A DNA stretch of 32,000 bases from Alkanindiges illinoisensis DSM 15370. GTDB lineage: Bacteria; Pseudomonadota; Gammaproteobacteria; Pseudomonadales; Moraxellaceae. The stretch spans positions 240,001-272,000 of the forward strand of contig NZ_JHUX01000003.1 of the NCBI RefSeq assembly GCF_000619845.1. Reading direction: 5' to 3'. Below, piece by piece: positions 6,593-15,510 of the stretch. A program made the translations under genes and the position numbers. Under the pieces are notes generated by a model, which was not told the origin of the DNA, did not search any database, and worked only from the letters and a program-made list of their open reading frames with translations. Positions within the stretch are counted from its first letter, which is position 1. Each line of letters opens with the position of its first letter.

Positions 6593-9500
6593 ATGGCCGA
6601 CCAAAATGAAATTGAAGTAAAAATTACCGGAACAACGGGTGATTTAGATAATGATATTACCCATGTTGAAACCAAGGTAAAAAATGCTGCAAAAGGCATG
6701 CGTGAGTCAGCCAATATCATTAAATCGGCATTTAATGATATTAAAAACACCCTTAAAAATATTGATTTTAAAGTTCACGTTGATACTGCCGCCCTACAAA
6801 CTACCATGCAAAGCGTGGTTAATACGGTCAAAACTCAGGTGCAGGCTGCTGGTAATGCCGCCAGTATCAAAATCAAAGTTGATACTACTGAGCTGGCCAA
6901 TATCAGAAACCAGATCAGTAGTGGACTGTCTGGCAATAATGGAACAATCAAAATCAAGTTTGACCGATCACATTTGCAAACTGAGCTGGCTCAGATTCGT
7001 GCCCGGATCAATAGCTTCTTTGCCACATCAGTTAATGGCATGCGGTTAAATATTTCTGTTACCCAAGCTGATCTGGCAGCTGTACGTGCCAAACTGCGTT
7101 CACTGACCACCACTATATTTAAGGCAAAAGTCGGTATTGATCTAGCCCACCTAAACGCTCAGATTACCCATGCGCGGGCAATACTGGGTGCGATGGGTAG
7201 CAGCTTAAATATTAATGTCGATGCAACAGCAACAGGCCTTATCACTGCCATTAATAACCTAAAGGCGGAAGTTATCCGGTTAATTGCGGCCATGAATGCT
7301 GGTGGCGGTGGTGGTGGCCCTAGCGGTGGCGGCGGGTTCGGCGCTATTTTTGGTGGCAATCTGGCTGCAATGGCCACTGGTTTTATTACCAGTAAATTAA
7401 CGGAGCTGAGTAAAGCCTTAATTACCACCTCTGATGATGCAGCACTGCTGAATAGCCGTATGCTGGATCTATTGGGAACAGAGCAGGCAGTAGTTGAGGT
7501 CAAAGACCGCTTATATGCAGCTGCCCAGCGGTTACAGGTTGGCTATCAGGATATGGCTGCGTCTACTGCCCGCATGATTCCTAGCCTTCAGGAAATGGGT
7601 AAAGGGAGTGAAGATGCAGTAAAGCTGGCTGAAATCCTGATGACTACAGCCAAGCTATCTGGTGCATCCACGATGGAGGCCGCTTCTTCAGCCCAGCAAT
7701 TTTCACAGGCACTCGGAAGTTCCGTCCTACAAGGCGACGAGCTTAAATCCATCCTTGAAAATAACCAGTCTTTGGCTAGAACTTTGGCCAATGCATTAAA
7801 ACTTCCTGATGCCAGCACCAAGGTTACGCTTGGCATGCTGAAGGAGCTGGGTTCTGAAGGCAAGATTACCAGCGAAGTACTGGCCAATGCCTTGCTTAAT
7901 AGCTATGACAGCATTATGGCCAAAGCCGATAAACTGCCTACGACTTTTAGCGGTGTCTGGCAGCAGGTTAAAAACATCTTCTTTAAAACAGTCGATGATC
8001 TTAATCAGGCTGATGTTTTTGGGGGTTTGAAAGATAGCCTCAAGGATATGGTTAGCAAGCTTGAGCAATTTTCAAAAGATGGCACTTTAAAAGAGTGGGC
8101 TACTGACATTGGGGGTGTGCTGTCTGAAGCTGGTAGCCTGTTTATGGAGCTGGTCGGTATTGTCGGCGATGTTGTGAGTGAAATCTCTACACTCTGGCAG
8201 GATCTGGCTGGGTCGGTCAATGAAAGTACTGGTGCTCAAATCGGCTTCTTTGAGTTGCTTAAAAATTCACTTAAGGTTGTGCACGTATTCTTTATTGGGT
8301 TGCGTACTGGTATCCAGTTGGTGATGGCAGGCATTAAGGCGGTAGTCCAGGATGCTGTGGCCACTATTATTGCCTCATTTGTATTATTCCGCACTGGTAT
8401 TAATACAGCAGTCATTGCGGTAAGCGGTTTTGTTGAAGGCTTAATTGTACTGCTCAAGACACTGGCCACGGTGGCCATGAAGGCATTGCAGCTGGATTTT
8501 ACTGGTGCTATTTCCGCCTGGGAAAGTGGCACCAATAAGATTGCTGGGATTGTGAAAGACAAGGCTCAGCAGATTGCCAAAGAAACCCGTAGCATGAAAT
8601 CTGATTTATCAGCTGCTGCTGGTGGATCAGCCTTGCTTAATGGCAGTTTCGTTAATAATGCCAACAAGATTACTCAGGACAGCCGTCAGCGCATAGATGA
8701 TGTGCTACTGGGTGATGTGTCCATGAAGTCACCTAAAGCCAGCAATGCAGGTGCTGCTGGCAATTCAGCAGTGAATAAGGTGGCTGTCGGTGCTGGTAAG
8801 GCAAAAAAGGAAAAAGAGAAAAAACCTAAGGCTGAAAAGTCTGAAATGAGTGATCTCAACAAGGGTCTGGATGCCAAAAAGTACGAATTCAATCAGAAAG
8901 AAAACGTACCATTTGGCCGTAATCTTGAATTTCCGATTGAGCAAGAACGCGACTACTGGCAGGAAATTTTAGCTACTCGTAAACTTTCAGCCAGCGATCG
9001 CTTTCAGGTAGAAGAAAAGCTACAGGATGCAATTCTTAAGTTGCATCGGAAAGCGGGTGATGAACAGATCCGAACATATAAGGATGACGAGGCAAAATAT
9101 CGTAATAATCTTGAAGCCAAAAAATCAGCATTGGAGCAGCTAGTTTTAGCCAACAAGAAATTGTATGGCGACGATTCAGATCAAGCCAAGTCAGCTCTTA
9201 AGGAAGTAGCAGCAGTTAATCAAGAAATGACTTTGCGTGCCTTGGCTAACTTAAAAACATCGAGAGAGTTTAAGTCATCCCAGAAGGAAAAAGAGCTGGA
9301 TGCTGAGCAAGCTCATATTGATCATTTAGCTAATCTTAATCTGATCTCTGATCGTGAAAAGTTGCAGCGAGAACGTGAGCTGGAACAAAAGCGCTATGAG
9401 ATCAAACGACAAGCACTCGCTGATCGTATGGCACTGTGGGAGGCTGAGAATAAAGTCACCAATGATGCAGATCCCAAGGAAAAGCAATCCATTCGAAATT

Positions 9501-10351
9501 CCATGACGGAATTAGATGCTGATCATCAGCAAAATCAGAAAGGCTTTGACATGCAGTCAGAGGCTGAGAAGATGGAGCGCTTGTTTGGTGGGCTAGGGGA
9601 TCGGGTCAGCAATTTGTGGGATCAGGGCTTGCAGACCATGATGAATGGCACGCTGACCTGGCGTAATGCCATGAATGCGATTTTTGCCGATATGGGCGCT
9701 TTCTTTGTACAAAAGATGGTCAGTGAACCTTTGAAGCATTATATGGCAGGCCTTGCACACCGATTACTCGTCAAGATGGGTGTGATCAAGACAGAAGTTG
9801 CTGCTGAATCTGCTGGTCAAGCCGCACAGACGGGGGCAACCATTGTTGGTGAGGCTAGTCGTACAGGCGCAACGGCAGCAGGTGGCCTGATGCGTATTGG
9901 TCTTAAAGCAATGGAAGCCGTTAAAGGCATTATGTTGTCTGCATGGGAAGCAATGGCAAGTGCTTATGCATCAATTGCCAAAATTCCATTCGTTGGTCCT
10001 GTAATTGCTCCAGTAGTCGCTGGTGGAACATTTGCTGCTGTTGCGGCACTTGCCGGCAAGATCAAGTCAGCATCTGGAGGCTACGACATTCCGGCAGGTG
10101 TGAATCCTGTCACCCAGTTGCACGAAGAAGAAATGGTATTGCCTAAACCCTATGCCAATGTTATCCGGGATATGGCCAGCGGTGGCGTACCTGCTGCGGG
10201 CGGATCTGGTGCCATGGGTGGAACGGTTGAGCAAAATCAGTTCAACATTTCTGCACTGGATGCCAAGAGCCTCAAAAAACTGCTACGTCAAAATCCCGGA
10301 GCAGTGGCTGCTGGCCTAAAGGCCTATGGCCGTAATTTTGGGAGCCGGTAA
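6593..10351 (+). CDS. Tail tape measure protein (1252 aa)
   Basis: Size, position and long helical segments fit. There is a Gly tract (NAGGGGGGPSGGGGFG) and hydrophobic mid-region segments. The C-terminal motif SGGYDIPAGVNPVTQLHEEEMVLP is of the type seen near the C-terminus of lambda gpH-like tape measures. At roughly 0.15 nm per residue this implies a tail of about 190 nm (inference). Confidence 0.9.
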   Translation: MADQNEIEVKITGTTGDLDNDITHVETKVKNAAKGMRESANIIKSAFNDIKNTLKNIDFKVHVDTAALQTTMQSVVNTVKTQVQAAGNAASIKIKVDTTELANIRNQISSGLSGNNGTIKIKFDRSHLQTELAQIRARINSFFATSVNGMRLNISVTQADLAAVRAKLRSLTTTIFKAKVGIDLAHLNAQITHARAILGAMGSSLNINVDATATGLITAINNLKAEVIRLIAAMNAGGGGGGPSGGGGFGAIFGGNLAAMATGFITSKLTELSKALITTSDDAALLNSRMLDLLGTEQAVVEVKDRLYAAAQRLQVGYQDMAASTARMIPSLQEMGKGSEDAVKLAEILMTTAKLSGASTMEAASSAQQFSQALGSSVLQGDELKSILENNQSLARTLANALKLPDASTKVTLGMLKELGSEGKITSEVLANALLNSYDSIMAKADKLPTTFSGVWQQVKNIFFKTVDDLNQADVFGGLKDSLKDMVSKLEQFSKDGTLKEWATDIGGVLSEAGSLFMELVGIVGDVVSEISTLWQDLAGSVNESTGAQIGFFELLKNSLKVVHVFFIGLRTGIQLVMAGIKAVVQDAVATIIASFVLFRTGINTAVIAVSGFVEGLIVLLKTLATVAMKALQLDFTGAISAWESGTNKIAGIVKDKAQQIAKETRSMKSDLSAAAGGSALLNGSFVNNANKITQDSRQRIDDVLLGDVSMKSPKASNAGAAGNSAVNKVAVGAGKAKKEKEKKPKAEKSEMSDLNKGLDAKKYEFNQKENVPFGRNLEFPIEQERDYWQEILATRKLSASDRFQVEEKLQDAILKLHRKAGDEQIRTYKDDEAKYRNNLEAKKSALEQLVLANKKLYGDDSDQAKSALKEVAAVNQEMTLRALANLKTSREFKSSQKEKELDAEQAHIDHLANLNLISDREKLQRERELEQKRYEIKRQALADRMALWEAENKVTNDADPKEKQSIRNSMTELDADHQQNQKGFDMQSEAEKMERLFGGLGDRVSNLWDQGLQTMMNGTLTWRNAMNAIFADMGAFFVQKMVSEPLKHYMAGLAHRLLVKMGVIKTEVAAESAGQAAQTGATIVGEASRTGATAAGGLMRIGLKAMEAVKGIMLSAWEAMASAYASIAKIPFVGPVIAPVVAGGTFAAVAALAGKIKSASGGYDIPAGVNPVTQLHEEEMVLPKPYANVIRDMASGGVPAAGGSGAMGGTVEQNQFNISALDAKSLKKLLRQNPGAVAAGLKAYGRNFGSR

Positions 10352-10353
10352 TC

Positions 10354-11001
10354 ATGTCTGATGCAATTTTTCCACTATTACCTGGCTTAACGTGGAACCT
10401 GACCAAGACACCGATGTTCAACACCAAGGTGATGACCTCGGTCAATGGCCAAGAACTGCGGGCATCGTTTCAGGCGGTGCCAAAATATGCCATTAGCCTG
10501 GGCTTTGAATTTTTACGCCAGCGTGGTGGTAAAACCGAGCTGGATCAGTTGGAAGCATTCTTTTATGAGCGACGTGGGGCGTTTGATTCGTTCCTGCTGC
10601 TTATGCCGGATGATAACCAGTTTAGTTGTACCTTTGTGGGTGATGGGTCAACCACGACTTATCAGGTCTATAAAAAACTGTTTAACAGTGTGATACCACT
10701 GTCAAATACCCTGCCATTTAGCCTTATTGTGGATGCCTCCATGTGGAAGCAGGCCAGTAGCACCCTCATGTGGGGTACTGCCAGCAACCTGATGTGGCCA
10801 TCCAGCAATATGCAGCTTGATAGCAAGGGAATGTTGACACTGGCCACACCTTTAGAAGCGGGTAAAACATTAAGTGTTACTGGTACATATTATTACCGGT
10901 GTCGCTTTAAGGATGATGAGCAGCAATACACTAATTTTATGGCCAACCTTTGGGAGGCCAAGAAAATTGAGATGGTTGCTTCACTAGGGAGTAAGGTATG
11001 A
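10354..11001 (+). CDS. Distal tail / minor tail protein (lambda gpM-like; DUF2460, RcGTA g12-like)
   Basis: It is the first gene after the tape measure. The pattern FPLLPG...TPMFNTKVMTSVNGQELRAS...YAISLGFEFL...LDQLEAFFYERRGAFDSFLLLMP resembles the gpM/DUF2460 family signature. Confidence 0.55.
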   Translation: MSDAIFPLLPGLTWNLTKTPMFNTKVMTSVNGQELRASFQAVPKYAISLGFEFLRQRGGKTELDQLEAFFYERRGAFDSFLLLMPDDNQFSCTFVGDGSTTTYQVYKKLFNSVIPLSNTLPFSLIVDASMWKQASSTLMWGTASNLMWPSSNMQLDSKGMLTLATPLEAGKTLSVTGTYYYRCRFKDDEQQYTNFMANLWEAKKIEMVASLGSKV

Positions 11002-11855
11002 GAGCAGCTTCAGCTAAATTGATCCAGCTGCTGGATGCCAACCAGTTTGTTATGGCCGACCTTTACACATTGACCACTATTTTGGGGAAGGTGTACCGGT
11101 TTACCAATTATGATCTGGATCTGACAGTGGCTGGCCAGCTGTACCGTGCTGATGGTCCTATCATCAGCCGTGACGGCATCAAGCAAACCACGGGCATTGA
11201 GGTTAGTAGCCTAAACATTGAGATTAAGGTCAATGATACGGTGCTTCTGGATGGCGTGCCATTTATTCAGTTACTGCATAACGGTGGCCTTGATGGAGCG
11301 CGGTTTAAGCTAGAGCGTATTTTCATGGACTGGCAGACACCAACTGATACCAGCGCTGGCACTATTAAGCTGTTTGAGGGTAGGCTGGTTGAGCCAGAGT
11401 TTCACCGCACCGGTGCCAGCTTTGAAGTGGCGTCCGATACGGAAGTTCTCAATGTGCAGATGCCACGTAACCTGTACCAGCCTGGCTGTTTAAATACCCT
11501 GTTTGATTCAGGCTGCGGTTTGGTCAGAGCCGCGTATGCTGAGCTGGCCACTGTGGAAATCAATACCGTGGCCAACCGTATTCAATGTAGCCTTAATCAT
11601 GCCCAGGGTTATTTTACCCAGGGTGTGGTCGAGTTTTTATCCGGAATAAATACTGGGGTAAAACGCACGATTCGCCTGCATGAGTCCGGCGCGCTGCATC
11701 TCACCTTGCCATTGCACCAGTTGCCGGCCGTGGGTGACCAGATCCGGGTTTATCCAGGCTGTGACAAGCGCATGGATACGTGCACCAACCGTTTTAATAA
11801 CCTGTCAAATTTCCGGGGCTTTCCCTTTGTCCCGGTTCCTGAAACCGCTGTTTAA
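10998..11855 (+). CDS. Tail tip protein (lambda gpL-like; DUF2163 plus BR0599 C-terminal domain, RcGTA g13-like)
   Basis: ATGA overlap with the upstream gene. The C-terminus PGCDKRMDTCTNRFNNLSNFRGFPFVP matches the BR0599 motif (C-D-K-x4-C-x3-F-x-N-x2-NF-x-GFP) as remembered. A second Cys pair is PGCLNTLFDSGCG. Confidence 0.65.
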   Translation: MRAASAKLIQLLDANQFVMADLYTLTTILGKVYRFTNYDLDLTVAGQLYRADGPIISRDGIKQTTGIEVSSLNIEIKVNDTVLLDGVPFIQLLHNGGLDGARFKLERIFMDWQTPTDTSAGTIKLFEGRLVEPEFHRTGASFEVASDTEVLNVQMPRNLYQPGCLNTLFDSGCGLVRAAYAELATVEINTVANRIQCSLNHAQGYFTQGVVEFLSGINTGVKRTIRLHESGALHLTLPLHQLPAVGDQIRVYPGCDKRMDTCTNRFNNLSNFRGFPFVPVPETAV

Positions 11856-11875
11856 CTCAATTAATTTTCTTTTAT

Positions 11876-11899
11876 ACCCGGCCAGTGTGCCGGGTTTTT
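11876..11899 (+). terminator. Intrinsic terminator upstream of the fibre gene
   Basis: ACCCGGC-cagtgt-GCCGGGT followed by T5. Confidence 0.65.
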
Positions 11900-11912
11900 C
11901 ATTGTTGGAGAG

Positions 11913-14900
11913 ATGACAATGGCTGATTTACCTGTTGCAGATGACCTTATTGCACCTAGTATTACTGAAGGTCAGTTTAAAGCGGCACTAAAGATATTAG
12001 TAGAAAACGTTGTTAGCAAAGATTATGTAAATAACAACGCTTTATTTAAACCGGTAGCCATTTCAAGTGGCCAATATACGCATATCGACCAGTTTAAAAC
12101 AGCAGGCTATTACTTTGTACGTTCGACAGCCATTGCTACGGCCATTGTTGGACTACCAGAAAGCCGGCCGTGCATCATTGAAGTGATTGCTAACACAAAT
12201 AGTGCTAACACAAATATAGTATCGCAGATCATTAGACCGCTCGGTGCTGCTTATTATTATTTTAGATCAACACTAAGCACGGGCGAATTTGCTGCTACAT
12301 TTGAGAAAGTTATTGGACAAGCCGCGATTGCGACGCTAATTAGCACTGCAAGCGATGCTGCCAAAGCTGCTGCAACTGCTGAAGCAAAAACCTACAGCGA
12401 CACAAAACTTGACGCAAAGCAAGTGATTTATGCGTACAGTGATGGCAATATGATCGGCGCAAAAACACTACGCTACCCAAATTTTGGCTTGCGCGGTGAT
12501 TATACGATTGCAGATAGTACCGTTTATGATGCCGTTATTGTACCAGTGCAGGCAGGCGATACGCTATACATTCACAACGATCAGTCACGTTACACTGGCT
12601 CAACTGGATCGAACTATGCGTTTTTTGCGCAAAACCCGTTTTTAAACAGGGCGCAAACCGCGCTTGCAACATCCGGTGCTGACAGCAGTACAACGGATAG
12701 CACTAGCGCAATTATATATAAAAAGGCGATTGCACCCGCTGATGCCCGTTATTTAATCGTAAATGAGCGTTTTACCGCAAATGCGGGTGGTACAACAAAC
12801 TATAACTGGGCGGTGCATAAAGACGCATTCAATCCGGCATATACACAAGGCAATGCCTATGTTGCTGAGATAGACGGCATCAAGTTTAAGGATACGTCTG
12901 TAAAATTATCAAAAGAAAACAACCCTACTGTGTCAGCAAAAAACATCTACACAGGTGATGTCAACGTTAAAGCACGGGTAAACGACAACGGTGTGTATAT
13001 CAGTGCCAATGCCAATGACATTTTATCGCCATTTATTCCGGTTGAATTTGGCAAGACCTACACCATTAGCGGCATACCCCGCGACATGATGGCAACAACG
13101 GCAACCCGCATCATGGGTGTTGCCAGCAACACAGTGCCGAGCACAGACTTTGTCAAAGTTTTAACGACAACTACTGACACTACTGTCACTGTTACAATTA
13201 ATGACGTGCAGATTAAATATATTGTATTCCCACTGGCTGCTAACAATCTGGGTGTGCTGGAAAAAGCACAATTTGCGCCAGTGCAGATTGAGGTCGGCAG
13301 CGTAGCCACTGCCTATCAACCCTCCGAATATACAATAGCACTCCAGCGCGTCATTAATAAATTTAGCACTAGCGCAAACAGCAGCGGGGCGTTGAAAGAT
13401 GCAGGCATAAAAGTTGTATCGCAATTTATTGACTTAAACATGGTACGCGAGCCACAAATGAGTACTGTGTCACCGATTATCAAAGGTGTCGGCCCGCGCG
13501 GTGCAAGTTATGGCGTTAAAGGTACGGCGGCGACAGATAGTGCGAGCAATAATATCTATGCCCAGTTTGATGTGCTTAGCGACAGCAACAAAGCGGTTAA
13601 TGTCAATGTTATAAAATACGTCAATGGCGAGAGGGCTGCTGGCGTGCTGCATCCGCGTGCATTTAGCGTACCATCCGGGGCATTAGATAACCCGGACAGC
13701 TTTGCTTACGCTGACAAATATCCCAAAGATTTATCAACGCACCCAGTGATTGCTTATACCGCAACGCCCATCGCAGGATTTAATTACTGGATGATTTCGT
13801 CTACTTTTCCGCCCACCTCGGAATCCGGTGTAAAGTGGGAAGATGAAGATATGTTTGTCAGTAATGATGCGGTGACGTGGCAGCGTATCCGCTCAGTCTA
13901 TGAAACTGACAAGTCATACACGACAGCAACACTGCGCTTGCCGCCGCAAACGCTGGTTACCAACAACTCGCGCAAGCATTGTTTTTTACCATCCCCTGCC
14001 GTTGGTGATGTGTTTGAAGTAAGCGTACCTGCGAGCAATGGCGCACCAGCACTTGACCGCCAAACCATGACACTGAGTACACGCTTGCCGTGGAAGCATG
14101 ACCCGTACTTGCTCATTGACGATGGGTACATCTACACATACCACTCTTTTAACCTGTTTTTTAACGAGCGCAATGACGAAAAGAGTCACTTTTTTGTCTG
14201 CGTCCGCACTAATAATGGGATTGATTGGGATGTCGTGCGCACTGACGGTAGCACCATGCGATTAACCGAAGCCACAAGCCGTCAGCTCTTCACCAAAGAC
14301 GATCAAGGTCGTTATAACTATATGAATTATGCGTATAACGATGATCGCCAGAACCCTGAAATTGTTAAATACGGAACAGGTGATTATGAGCTGGTATGGG
14401 GCAGGAACTTTACAGTGCGTTATAAAGGCACAACGCCGTATGCGTTTGATTTTTCTACTGCGTATCCGTTTAAGGATACCAGCTCGACAAACCATCCGAC
14501 CTTGTTATTTAAAGACAATATTTTATATGTCATTACAAACAAGGCGGTGTATCAAAGTACAGACCGTGGCGCGACATTGACGGTGTTGCCAAAATACCCA
14601 ATGTGGCTGGGTGGTGTGCAGGGCTTTGGCTATAAAAAAAGCTGCTGTATCGGCGCTGGTGACAAATTTATTGTTGCAGATACCCAGCGCATTAATGCAC
14701 CCGCTTTTACATCAGGCGCGGTCAACGCAGTTAATGACATCAATCAAGTGTTTTTCTATGAGTATCCGAGTTTTACTGATTTTTTAACTAAAGCAAACAC
14801 GGGTTTAATTGATGCGTACATAGATTTGCAAGTGACTAAAGTAAATCTAAATACAAATAGCCGCCAGGTCTTAAATATACCCTGCATTAGCCCAACTGCG

Positions 14901-15044
14901 TCTAGCGCAACAGGGATTGCTGCACTGTACCGCTTGAAAGTGGCTGACTTAGAGCTAAAAGCAGGCGACACGGTATATTTTCACGTTACGCTAAATTCAA
15001 GATCAGGCGCTGAAATTGTATTTGGCGGTATTGATTTGACTTGA
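11913..15044 (+). CDS. Tail fibre / tailspike (probable receptor-binding protein, possible glycan-degrading C-terminal beta-propeller)
   Basis: The 1043-aa ORF has GGAGAG directly abutting ATG 11913, so ATG 11919 (MADLPV) is the more likely start. Residues ~55-135 are knob-like. A short AKAAATAEAK helix follows. Three Asp-box-like motifs (SNDAVTW aa 650, TNNGIDW aa 766, STDRGATL aa 882) lie exactly 116 residues apart. The DNA is AT-richer than its neighbours. Confidence 0.65.
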   Translation: MTMADLPVADDLIAPSITEGQFKAALKILVENVVSKDYVNNNALFKPVAISSGQYTHIDQFKTAGYYFVRSTAIATAIVGLPESRPCIIEVIANTNSANTNIVSQIIRPLGAAYYYFRSTLSTGEFAATFEKVIGQAAIATLISTASDAAKAAATAEAKTYSDTKLDAKQVIYAYSDGNMIGAKTLRYPNFGLRGDYTIADSTVYDAVIVPVQAGDTLYIHNDQSRYTGSTGSNYAFFAQNPFLNRAQTALATSGADSSTTDSTSAIIYKKAIAPADARYLIVNERFTANAGGTTNYNWAVHKDAFNPAYTQGNAYVAEIDGIKFKDTSVKLSKENNPTVSAKNIYTGDVNVKARVNDNGVYISANANDILSPFIPVEFGKTYTISGIPRDMMATTATRIMGVASNTVPSTDFVKVLTTTTDTTVTVTINDVQIKYIVFPLAANNLGVLEKAQFAPVQIEVGSVATAYQPSEYTIALQRVINKFSTSANSSGALKDAGIKVVSQFIDLNMVREPQMSTVSPIIKGVGPRGASYGVKGTAATDSASNNIYAQFDVLSDSNKAVNVNVIKYVNGERAAGVLHPRAFSVPSGALDNPDSFAYADKYPKDLSTHPVIAYTATPIAGFNYWMISSTFPPTSESGVKWEDEDMFVSNDAVTWQRIRSVYETDKSYTTATLRLPPQTLVTNNSRKHCFLPSPAVGDVFEVSVPASNGAPALDRQTMTLSTRLPWKHDPYLLIDDGYIYTYHSFNLFFNERNDEKSHFFVCVRTNNGIDWDVVRTDGSTMRLTEATSRQLFTKDDQGRYNYMNYAYNDDRQNPEIVKYGTGDYELVWGRNFTVRYKGTTPYAFDFSTAYPFKDTSSTNHPTLLFKDNILYVITNKAVYQSTDRGATLTVLPKYPMWLGGVQGFGYKKSCCIGAGDKFIVADTQRINAPAFTSGAVNAVNDINQVFFYEYPSFTDFLTKANTGLIDAYIDLQVTKVNLNTNSRQVLNIPCISPTASSATGIAALYRLKVADLELKAGDTVYFHVTLNSRSGAEIVFGGIDLT

Positions 15045-15087
15045 TAATCATATTAATCCGCACTTATTTAATTAAATAAGGAAAACC

Positions 15088-15510
15088 ATGAAAACTGATT
15101 TAATTATTACTGAAGCCAGATCCTGGCTCGGGACGCCTTACCATCATCAAGGGCGGATTAAGGGCGTAGGGGTGGACTGTGGCATGCTGCTCTGTGAGGT
15201 TTATCATGCAGCAGGCCTTATTCCCTTTGTTGATCCTCGGCCATATCCCCCGGACTGGTATATGCACCAGATGGACAATAAATACTTGGACTGGGTGAAA
15301 CAATATGCCGAGCCAGTAGCTACACCAAAACAGGGCGATATCGCCCTGTTTCATTTTGGAAAATCGATTAGCCATGCGGCCATTGTGGTGGCATGGCCAA
15401 CCATTATCCATGCCTATCATGGCCAGGGCTGCATATTGGGTGATGCGACCAAGGGCAGGCTGTGCAGTAATTTAGCCGGTTTTTGGCGTATCCGGGAGAA
15501 TCAGGGATGA
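15088..15510 (+). CDS. NlpC/P60-family tail-tip cell-wall peptidase (lambda gpK-like / RcGTA g14-like)
   Basis: W-L-G-T-P-Y followed by the catalytic GVDCGMLL (Cys). Downstream are ISHAAIV and IIHAY (His residues). Size (140 aa) and position before the J-like gene fit. Confidence 0.8.
   Translation: MKTDLIITEARSWLGTPYHHQGRIKGVGVDCGMLLCEVYHAAGLIPFVDPRPYPPDWYMHQMDNKYLDWVKQYAEPVATPKQGDIALFHFGKSISHAAIVVAWPTIIHAYHGQGCILGDATKGRLCSNLAGFWRIRENQG

Noticed and set aside
7159-7503. 114-aa minus-strand ORF with a poly-Pro run
   Set aside because: It is the antisense shadow of the tape measure Gly tract (GGN codons read as CCN).
15483-15506. Longer version of the J-like ORF (MAYPGESG...)
   Set aside because: It would start with TTG inside the peptidase gene. 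The ATGA overlap at 15507 is the typical coupled start, and MSGGTIRIS is a typical J-like N-terminus.
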